Shown here: piece by piece, positions 30,971 to 40,272 of the stretch
Numbering within the stretch: the first letter of the stretch is position 1
Layout of the letters: each line of letters opens with the position of its first letter
Assembly: GCA_020536535.1 (NCBI GenBank)
Contig: JAHLWZ010000940.1
Coordinates: forward strand, 1 to 40,272
DNA length: 40,272 bases
From: Pelomyxa schiedti
Taxonomy: Eukaryota > Protista > Evosea
Reading direction: 5' to 3'
Position numbers and translations under genes: made by a program
Notes under the pieces: generated by a model
The model's database searches: none
The model's input: only the letters and a program-made list of their open reading frames with translations
Told to the model about the DNA's origin: nothing

Positions 30971-33900
30971 TTACGAGACCGTGATGGTGCAAATTGAAGC
31001 TACTGGGGAAATAGCACTTAGGAGAGCAGAGTAGGTGCCATGGTTGTGGTGTTGTTGAGGCCGGCAAAAGTTACTTGTTACAGTAACACTGGCAACAACT
31101 ATGCACCTGCCATACAGAGTGTGGATTGGGATTGTGGGTTAGTGCATTAGTGTTAATAGAAAAAGCGGGATTTGAGGAGGGAGAGGTACTGTGGGATTGG
31201 ACAATGGAAAAGATGGACAGAGAGGTTGTAAGTCCCAGGGACGGCGGTTTTTAACTGAAAAACCGATTTAGATGAAGTGAGGAGGTTTTGGGCATACCAA
31301 GTATTCCACGGGACCATATCCTTGTGCAAAATTCTTAGAAGTAATTCCTGATTATGTTACCATAAAAAAAAAAAAAAAGTGTGAAAGGTTTGTTAACCTC
31401 CAATTTTAGTGTGGTTGTTGAATGTATAGCACTTTTCTCCTGAAGGTTCCATGACAATGAGCTCCACATCTATGGGAGAAATGTGAGAATAACGAAGAAA
31501 GGAGGTAAGACCTGTCATATCCATATCCCAAGTCAAAACACATCGCAAATCACAATCAATTGGTGTAACTAGTCTGGGGTCTACACTGGGTTGAACTAAA
31601 CTCAGCGATCTGTAAATTTGTTTGACTGCTTGAAGTGTGAATTTGGAAATACCCTTGGCTCTCGGCGAGTTTTAAAAGCCAGTTTAATTCCTTTTAATGA
31701 ACGTGAATACTACTTGGTGCGAGAAAAAAAAATTCAAACCATTACTGCAACTAATTCAACTTGAGCAAAACGCATATCCCATTTACCCTCGATCACTTTA
31801 ATGAGGCAGGTCGCTGCCTCTTTCAAAGAGGCTATAGATATGTAAAAAAGGGAATAAAACGCCGAAGTTGATACCTGCATCCCCCTTTTCAATGAGAAGT
31901 AATGCTAAATCTCGGTGTGACTGAGGTTCTTCACCTCGCAGCTTTAAAGCCTTCCGAGAAAGAAATTCAACAATGCTTCAGGAAAAAAATTAAAAGGAGA
32001 GTGAGAGTGGTGGGGAACTTTATTTCTGATCTATCACGAAGAAAACAGCAGGCAGCTCTTATCAAAGATATATTGTCTAATTGAAGTTCAGGTAAATTGC
32101 TCAGTGCTCTACAACATATCAAGGAAACAATATTGGTAATTGAAAACCTCAATGACAAAGCGGGCGCCTGTAGAATCTGTGAAACTTGTATGCAAAAGGC
32201 ACCTTGTTGTTGAGCGGGGACATTGTTGATTTCAGTAAGAAAAGACTGATAAGCTATTTTTGAAATTAATTGTCATGTCCATATTTCTTGGGGAGTACCA
32301 TTTGGACTGTGTTGGATTTTATTTACCCTTGAAGAAAATTCATGTATTATAGTGACGGTGGGCTTTGAAACCGTGAAGGATTTCCCAGCCACAGTTGTGA
32401 ATGATGTCCCAGCAGAGTAATCTTTAACAGTGCGGGCTACTTGAACTGGGCTGTGAGGTGATACCTGCTCCTCTGTTTCCCAACGTATATGCTTTGCAGA
32501 AACGGCTCCTTGCTGGATCCTTGGAGTAATTTCACTACTTTTCCTTCTGGCAGCAATAAGTCCAATCTTATTGGACTCTTCGTGTACTTCCTGAGTTGCT
32601 GTCTGCTTCTCTTTCGTTGTCCCAATGATACCACTTCCCCTGCCCCCTACCCCCATTCCACCCCTTGCACCCCGTCCACGGCTTCCACCTCTTCCACCTC
32701 TACCACCCCTACCACCTCTTCCAGAAATTTCAGCCGCTCCTCTCCCTCTCCCCCTCAATGGAGCTCCCCTTATTCTTGGCTGTACAACTTGGCAGTAATA
32801 GTTGTCTACATCTTCCTCGTCGTTTACGTCTTCTTCTGCAGAGGTATAATCCTCAAGTTCCTCTTCCTCATCCTCAGAATCACTCTCATTTTCTTCCTCC
32901 CCCACTTTGCTTGTCTCAGAGCACAACACATATGTCAAAGTCGCTAATCCCATACGAGTGGTACTGATATCTGACTCAGATGAGGATGTTGCCAATGACG
33001 CTGTATATGTTGAGCCGTATGTGGGTGTAGATTCGCTGTCAGTGGTCCACCCTCCAAAAGCCCCCTCTTTTTTTCTTTCTTCATAACCATGCTCATGCTC
33101 CATGTAAACCTGTTTTGGTCTGCCTCTTAATCTTCCTTCAACGTTACAAACACGACTTCTGTATCTTTCCCTATCGGAAAATTCAGGTACTGCCCAGTCT
33201 ACAGCAAGTGTGGGAATTATTTCTTCCTTGTGTCCCCTCTTGCGAGACTCACTATGTGCAGGCATTTTGGCTCTTTCTCTATCTCTATCTCTATCTCGAT
33301 CTCTAGCAAAATTAGCATCCCCTCAACCTGTGTTAATTGAATTGACCTGGAACGAGATCGTGACCGCGACCTAGACTGAGATCTGGATCGTGACCTCCTG
33401 ATTGTCAACGCAGATGGAGGTATAACAGCTCTCTTCTTTGATTGAGGAACGGATCGCCTCCGCTTGGATGGCGTCTCTTTGACAACCTCTATTCCTGTTC
33501 CTGGTATATCACTCAGATATTCCTGTTTGAGATTTTAGATTCGAGCAATGTGATCACGTCGTACTAAAATGGCAAGATGATCTTTAGGTAAAGCCTCTTC
33601 AAAATGAATAGGGGTAGGCTCCTTATCAAGTGCAAAAAAGTGGCACAAACTTGGTTGCTAGCTCCTATTACTAGTGAAAGGGGGGCAGAGCACAAACTTG
33701 AGTTTGTCCATCGTATGATGTGTTCCACCAGGTCACACGCCGCTTCCACATTTCCAGTATTTGTTGGTTTTTTTGGAATTGCCGTTCTGTATCCTCAGCC
33801 TTGAGAAGTGAATGTAAATAAATAAAGAAATCCCCTTCGGAAGAACGACTTCTTGGCGAGAAATCTTAGTTAAATAAGCTGCCCTAATCATAGGAAGAGA

Positions 33901-36302
33901 TTGAGGTGGCTCAATATGATGCTGTAAAAACTACCATACCAAATAAGAAAGAAAGACTCATAATTTATGGAATGATACCTGGTCAAGTGTTTCCAGAACA
34001 ATCAGTGATGCATTAGGAGTGACAAAACTGAAAATTTCCTTTAGTTCGTTCTTCAATAAAAATTGTGTAGCTACTGGTAAGTCCGAGCAAGTTTCAAAAG
34101 TGTTGCAGAAGATTCTTCCTTTGAAGAAGAGAAAGTAGTAATTTCGTCCACTTGCTGCTGGCCCCAGAACCGAGCCACTGTTTGAGATCAGTTAAAAAAA
34201 ATGAAGTTTTGGATACCTACACATTATGCTTCTAGTGGTATGGACGTGAGGTATAGTGTAGGATTTACTGAAGATCCGTTTTTTTGTTGGTTCTTGAAAG
34301 AACAGAGTGACAGTTTCTTCTTTCCTTTAGTAAAAGAAAAAACTTGTCTACAGCGTTGAGACCCACCATCTTGAAGTGAAGGTTGCATCCGACCTGATAA
34401 TCGAAATGGAATTGACACCCTACGTGGAACAGTACATATATCACAGAGCTTACGGCCTGCTACATCAGTAGCATGTGTGAAGTAGACAGAAGAGTTGCGA
34501 ACTTGGCTCAGCACATCGACTTCTCTAAATTAACGTTTGTATTTCTAATAACAAGAAAAAATTGTACTGTGATTCACGAAGATTGAAGAACATTCCCCCA
34601 CTACAATGTGACACTCTCTATGAAAGATGAAAAAAAAAACTTATTGGAAACTAACCTTAAGATTGGAAAAGTCGGCATTTTTGGATGATGTGAGAGTAAA
34701 AATAGGAAAAGGGTACTGGTCTAATGCAGGCAGTTCCTTTTAGTTATAAGTAGAAACAGGAAACTCAAAAGCTACTACAGACTCCCAAGAGGTAAAGCCA
34801 TCACTAAACAGTAAGCACAAGCATGCGGAATTTCCGTGATGAGCAAAATAGTTCTCAGCCGTTCTCAAATTTGTTGCTCCGTCATACACAGCTTGGCTTG
34901 AAATGTATTGCACAATAGAATCCGAATCAAGTGCCTGCAAGTGTAAGTGAATACCACCAAATATTGTTTGTACCATAAATGTTTTGTGACCGATAATCTG
35001 CTCTGCAAAAAAAGCTACCACAACTTGAATTGATCCAAGTGAGCAAAGTGACTGAATGCAATTAAGTTCCCTTTTTTTATGTGAGCAATGTCATGGAAAA
35101 GACAGATACTGGTTAAATGGAGAACCGAGCCTACTGCGAGATGTGTCCCAAAGTATAAGAACATTATCAAAGTGAACTTGATTTGGAATATCAACGAGTT
35201 CATTGTCCCAGTCTTGAATACACCAAAATAGCATCTCTGATGTGCCATCATCATAGATTGATGATAGAGAAGTGTCAGTGCTATTGGGCCTCTGTTGTGG
35301 GATGTTCGAGATGAGCACAGAACTTGGAGGTGCAGTTCCATGTAGTTCAACATCATACCCCCATTCTGATGCAAAATCTTGACTACATTACCAAAAAGCA
35401 GAAAAATAGATTCAACTTTGAGTATTTCCAGAAGGGATCTCACGCATGGCCCCGCCAAGACTGGTGTGACCATAAAAGGAAATATTTGGAGCAATAGGAT
35501 TACTTGGGGCCACAACAGTTGCCTTGGTGCTTTATTTCTATCAAATGAGTATGACCTTCAACAAACCTTGAGAGAATATGTTTGAACACAAGAGTTGACT
35601 TCTAGAGGAAGTTTGTAAGAACCAACTCCCTTATGAATTGATTTCTCCAAATCAATTTGCAAGTCTCCTGTAAACAAAATCTTGATTGTTCTACTCTGAC
35701 CAGGGTAAAAAGGAAACACTCTGATTCGGTACACATTCCCAGAGACAAGTTCGGCCACTGCTGCACCTCTTTTCTGTCTTACCTTCAAAAGAATAAAGCT
35801 CTCCAAGAGTTAATAGAAGAATTGCACCTCGCTTTCCAAAGTTTTCCTAGCAACCTCCTTTTCCACAATAACAGCATCCACCAATTCCCCTTTTATTGTG
35901 AATAGTGTAAAGAGAGTTCCACAAAAAAAGAGGGAGAGAAGAAGAAAAACTCAGGTAGAGGAACGTTGTGGGCATCACGCAAAATTAAAACTAAAAAGGA
36001 TTATGGGTACCATTCACATCCACAGCATAGCCGCAAACACTGGCATTTTCTGGTAACGGGAAGACAAGTTCACAATCCAATGGGCTCCCATTATCCCCTG
36101 TTGCAGTAACAAATGACCCTCCACTTGGGCTTACAACATTCGAACTTATTTGATGTTGTTGTGGCGGTGCAGGGGACTCATGCCTACGGAACGAGGCAAC
36201 GACTTCGGTCTCGTACAAAAACCCTGACACGTCAATCCGTACACTCACAGTCTCTGGCCAAAACTCAGCTCCTGAGCCCGATCGGTCCACAAGCTTCAGC
36301 AT
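30971..36302 (-). CDS. VIT + vWA-like + TPR + DUF2135 (YfaP-like) protein with large low-complexity insert, many introns
   Basis: Motifs in the order seen in bacterial VIT-DUF2135 proteins: CELVFPLPENASVCGYAVDVNG; GELVDAVIVEKEVAR; GNVYRIRVFP; LILWDTSRS; YDGATNL..LLFSDG; VTPNASLIVLET; WKRRVTWW; ALSNLPELQLDN; LKLRGEEPQSHRDLAL; WDMRFAQVE; DLRCVLTWD; EPSGEKCY; NFAQGYGPVEYL|LKTAVPGTY. Stop TAA at 30973-30971. Not every junction was checked. Confidence 0.85.
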
Positions 36303-36479
36303 GACCTTCTACCAGCGAAGGGTTGTTATTGCGTGTTAATTGGGTCTTTCTTGATCAAGAATCGAATCAACACTTCTTTCTAGGGAATGAACGAAACAGG
36401 GATTTTTTCTCCTTTGTTCACAAAGCAAAAAGTAAATACATGGCATAGGATAGAACCGCGAGGGTTTCTATGCTTAGGT

Positions 36480-37839
36480 CTATACTAAGTTATGTGCCAA
36501 CCAAGACAGACCAGTTACTAGCCCACTGAGGGTTGTGGGATCAACATTATTTACAAGCCATTTGCGGGTAGTGATTGTGGCAAGGTCCAACCTCTCTACA
36601 AGTTCGGCTGGTTTCCTGTTGGTGCTGTTAATTAAAAGCTTGAAGAAGAGAAAGCTCACCAGTTGACTTTGTCATCGCCTCCTAGAGCAACAACAAGCAG
36701 AGGGGAATGCGGAGTGGTGAATGAGTTGTTATGTATTCCATGCAACTCTCGTTTGTCCTCCTCGATGCTTGTATCACTCCCAGCTTTTACCACGTATATT
36801 ATCTATGTCTTGGTTAGCATGCCCTCAGTGACCCGGCACTACATACTCCCTTTGCTTGTGCAAGGAAGCTTCTCCATATTGGCCATATTTTGCGAAATAT
36901 GTCTTCGTTCTTTGTTTTGTACATAACACAAAGCTGCATTTCTCTCCCATCAATACGAACTCCTACACCACTCCCTACACCCTGAATTCCAGGGAATAAT
37001 TCTGTGGCTTGTCAGAAACAGGGTAAGGAAGAGAAGTGGGTGAAACAACCAACCTGTTTTAACTATGGCCGGATTTTCAGAGTTCAAAATCGGATAGAAA
37101 AGAAGGCGAGACCCGAGAATAAGCACGGGGCAAGTCAATTTTGTGTCCCGAATGCTAAGAAAATGTGAACTGAGAATATGTGTGCTTGTGAGAATGTACG
37201 CTTTGGGTTGACTGGACGGTGGATATGTTTGGGTACTGCTTCTCAATTCATCTTCAGCAACTTGCTTATTGATGACATGGTGGTGCAAGTATTTTTCCCT
37301 CCAGTCATTTATACTATGAATATTAGGTAAGGGAGAAACAGAAGTGCAACACACTTTAGAGCACCACCTTCCATTACAGTCCAACACGTTTTGTCTCGCT
37401 CAAACATTTCTTGCCAGAAAGAGGCATGCCTTATGAGAATTCGCCAATTCCTGCACACTAATGAGGACACGGCAAGTTCCTCAGCAGTTAGGAATCTGCG
37501 GTAAACTTTAGAGTGGGAAGCTGAAGGTGGAAAAAAAAGAGTGGTAACAATCAGAAAGAAACTGTACGAGAAAACGTGGGTTTTAAGTTCTTGCGGGATG
37601 GTGCTTTCAAACAAAGAGTCCACTTGTACAGGCAATTTTGGCGGTACTGCGCCCTCCACACCGCCTCCGCTAACGCCGTCGGAAGCCGCCGGTGATGCAA
37701 CTAATGTTGCTGGTTTTGTAGCCTCCGCTACACTGTCCTTACTTCGATTTTTGTGTCTGCCGCTCAACCACCGCCATACAACTACCACTATTGTCGTCAC
37801 AAGTACTGCAACTATCCCTACAAGTACGTCCACCCGCAT
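36480..37839 (-). CDS. F-box protein, FBXO4-like, with N-terminal TM segment
   Basis: MRVDVLVGIVAVLVTTIVVVVWRW (TM). F-box IPQELKTHVFS|FLTAEELAVSSLVCRNWRILIRHASFW. The C-terminal KRELHGI..SPLLVVAL, ERLDLATITTRKWLV and GLVTGLSWL resemble the FBXO4 GTPase-like fold region. Stop TAG at 36482-36480. Confidence 0.72.
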
Positions 37840-38354
37840 CGTGCAGATTTTTTTGTTGTTGTGTTTATTTTTTGTTCAAGCAAGATCTTGCTTTTTCCCC
37901 TGGCTTCCTTCGATCTACGTGTTCTGCCAACGTTGACAGCCAGGGAATTGGTGTCAAGTTGCCGATTCACCACCCAATTTTCTTCAATGAGCTTCAGTTA
38001 CACTACCTTCACCTCAATCCTCACCACTTCAGGCTCACAAATCTACTCTGAGACCAGGTACCTCACTGTACAGTGGTCAGTTTCATGCAAAACATTCGAG
38101 GATGTACGGAAACCCGTAGGTCGTAAGGGCGTTAGTGTCCCAAGCAGGGAAATTGAACTCCTTTTAGCTGGCCAGTCCAGTAATCATCACGGAAAAACAC
38201 AGACCAAAAACCCGTGGGAAAGTCGGAAAAAACGCCAGCGAAGCTCTTTTAAGCGACGCAAGAAAGTAAAAAACATAAAATAAAATAAAAAAAAAAACAA
38301 ACCAACAAAGCGACACAAAGATCTTCTCATCAACAGTCATTCCCTACAACAACA

Positions 38355-39101
38355 ATGCCTTTCACTGTGGTAGATCTTCCCTATGGCAAGGACGCTCTTG
38401 GCCCATTCATGTCTGCTGAAACCGTTGACTTTCACTACGAGAGGCACCACAAGGTGCGCCTTTTTTCCCTTTATGTCTTCTTTAGTCTCACGCACTTTGT
38501 TAGGGCTATGCCACAAAGTTGAATGACCTGACTCGCGACAAGCCCGAGGCGTCTATGACCCTTGAGCAGCTCATTGCAAATTACGCAGTCGGGACACCAA
38601 TCTTCAACAATGCCGCTCAGGTATACAGTGCATTCACTTTCCTACTTTTCTTTGTTAAAAGACATAACAAATCCAGGTGTTCAATCACAACATGTTCTGG
38701 TTGTCAATGGCTCCACCCACTGGCAATCCCAACCCACCCCCCGAGGTTGCTGCACTTATTGACCGAGACTTTGGCTCCTTCGCCGAGTTCAAGAGAAAGT
38801 TCTCTGAGACTGCACTCGGACACTTTGGAAGTGGCTGGGTCTGGTTGGTGCTAAATGATGCCGGAAAGCTGGAAATTGTCTCATGCCATGATGCCGATAA
38901 CCCTCTTAAGAAAGGTATACCTACTGTTATAATGTGCGAGTATTCTTAACCCCCATTGTAGGAGCTGGCCGCCCCATCATGACATGTGATGTCTGGGAGC
39001 ATGCCTACTACATTGACTACCGCAACAGGCGCGCTGAGTATGTCGAGAAGTGGTGGAACCTTGTCAACTGGGCTTTCGTCAAGGCCAACCTTGGTCTCTG
39101 A
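38355..39101 (+). CDS. sodB: Iron superoxide dismutase, 4 exons
   Basis: [18 protein letters not shown]|GY, FNNAAQ|VFNH (Fe-type Ala-Gln), [24 protein letters not shown]. Stop at 39099-39101. No N-terminal targeting extension. Confidence 0.96.
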
Positions 39102-39344
39102 GTCTGTAGACAGTCATAACAACCTGAATGACTATTTATTCTATCCCCAAAGCGACAATTTTTAAAAAAAATAAAAAAAAACTTTTTGTGACAGTTGGAA
39201 GTGTGATTACTGCCTTAGATGGTCTCACGTCACGTCACGTCCCGTCCCTTCCATCTTCCACCTTCCATCTTCTAGAGTGTTTTTAGTAACGAGATTGAGG
39301 GGATTTGATACTGCTTTGTTTTGAACTCTCGATTCCGCGCGGCT

Positions 39345-39830
39345 CTACAATTCCACAGTGAGAGAGACCCCTTTGAGTTCTAGCACTGGGGGTGTCCTGA
39401 AAGGTGGGGTGGCATCCTGCAGGCAAAAAAAAAGGGGGTAGAGCCCAACACGTCGCCAACGCCGCCGCTGCAGATCGAGCACACGGGTCGCGTGTGTGCT
39501 GGGCCCAAGGAGGTTGGGGGGGGGGAGCCTGCAGGATGTCACCTGTCCCATCAGCCCCACGCTATGGGGGTCCGCCCTCGAGGGTTGGGGGGGGATGAAA
39601 TTCTATTTGGTTGGTGAGAACAGAAAATTGGGAAGGGAATGAAAAGCCCCAAATGTAGCAGCCCCAGAGAGGTTGGGAACCAGTTGGTAAAACTGTTGTG
39701 TAAAAGGAATATTTCGGTCCGTCTTCCACCAATATATATCTCTATGTTGTGACAAAGTCGTAGTCGTCCTCCGCATCGAAATACGAGGGAGTGAGAGAGT
39801 GCCCCCAAAAGTGACTGCTGCGTAAATCAT
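39345..39830 (-). CDS. Possible multi-exon gene of unknown function
   Basis: Splice-like junctions (CAAATAG|, GGACAG|GTGAC, CCTGCAG|GAT) link short open stretches ending DATPPFRTPPVLELKGVSLTVEL*. No family is recognised. Confidence 0.3.
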
Positions 39831-40049
39831 CGTAATGGTAGTCCCGTACAGTCATCGCATTCGTGGCTGAAGAGAGAGTGTACGCGGCGTACAGCCAAGT
39901 CCTCGCCGCCACTCAGAAAAAAAAAACGACCGCTGTTGCCTGCTCCGAGTCTCCGAGCTGCATATCCGAGTTACCAGGGAGTCTTTTTTGGTGGCGGACA
40001 GAGCTGGATGTCCCACCGCCCCCCACCAAAGATGCATATCTGGAGCCCA

Positions 40050-40153
40050 GGGGCGGTCATTTTACATAGAGGAAAAACCACAGGAAAATTGTAAAATGAC
40101 CGCCCCATCGTTTTGAGGGCGGTCGTTTGACAATAAAGAAAAAATTGTCAAAC
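40050..40153. repeat. Cluster of overlapping inverted repeats
   Basis: GGGGCGGTCATTTTACA 40050-66 / TGTAAAATGACCGCCCC 40090-106 (17 bp perfect). Third partial copy GGGCGGTC 40117-24. GTTTGACAAT 40125-34 / ATTGTCAAAC 40144-53. Confidence 0.9.
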
Positions 40154-40272
40154 AATTTTTTCCTTCTAATCTCTTAATTATTTTCTTCCTTCTGGGGTCC
40201 GTGTGGTACCACACCATGCCAGAACGTGGCTGTTGGTCGCCTCAATCCTTACGGAGCTCGTGGTACTCATGG

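Overview
Eukaryotic nuclear DNA, very gene-dense, with many short GT-AG introns (mostly about 40-60 nt). Amoebozoan affinity is suggested by the actin N-terminus ([16 protein letters not shown]) and by a Dictyostelium-type DUSE element (ACCCATAA) about 65 nt upstream of U6. An archamoeba such as Pelomyxa is only a guess. Genes I could assemble by hand, in order: PP2C phosphatase; intronless atypical kinase; intronless tail-anchored repeat coiled-coil protein; UAP56/Sub2 DECD helicase; FAM184-like coiled-coil protein; DHHC palmitoyltransferase (one GC-AG intron); actin; a type I membrane protein; a brevin with Asn at the zero layer; a Cys/Gly-rich unknown protein; a membrane-anchored GIY-YIG nuclease; a CCX/NCLX-type cation/Ca2+ exchanger; a DUF697-like GTPase; a YitH-like GNAT; U6 snRNA; a 5.3-kb VIT/vWA-like/TPR/DUF2135 gene with an RS/RGG/acidic insert; an FBXO4-like F-box protein; and Fe-SOD. 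The most interesting unexplained signals are (i) a roughly 95-nt two-hairpin, oligo-T-terminated candidate ncRNA with its own DUSE-like element just upstream of U6, (ii) a perfect loop-less 54-bp palindrome next to an 'empty-site' 22-bp version of itself and inside a 12-bp inverted repeat, (iii) the intron-containing, signal-anchored GIY-YIG nuclease, and (iv) an intronless kinase (possibly kinase plus nuclease) and M-protein-like gene pair. Family names come from motif recognition only; no searches were run. Exon boundaries are manual and some start codons are uncertain.
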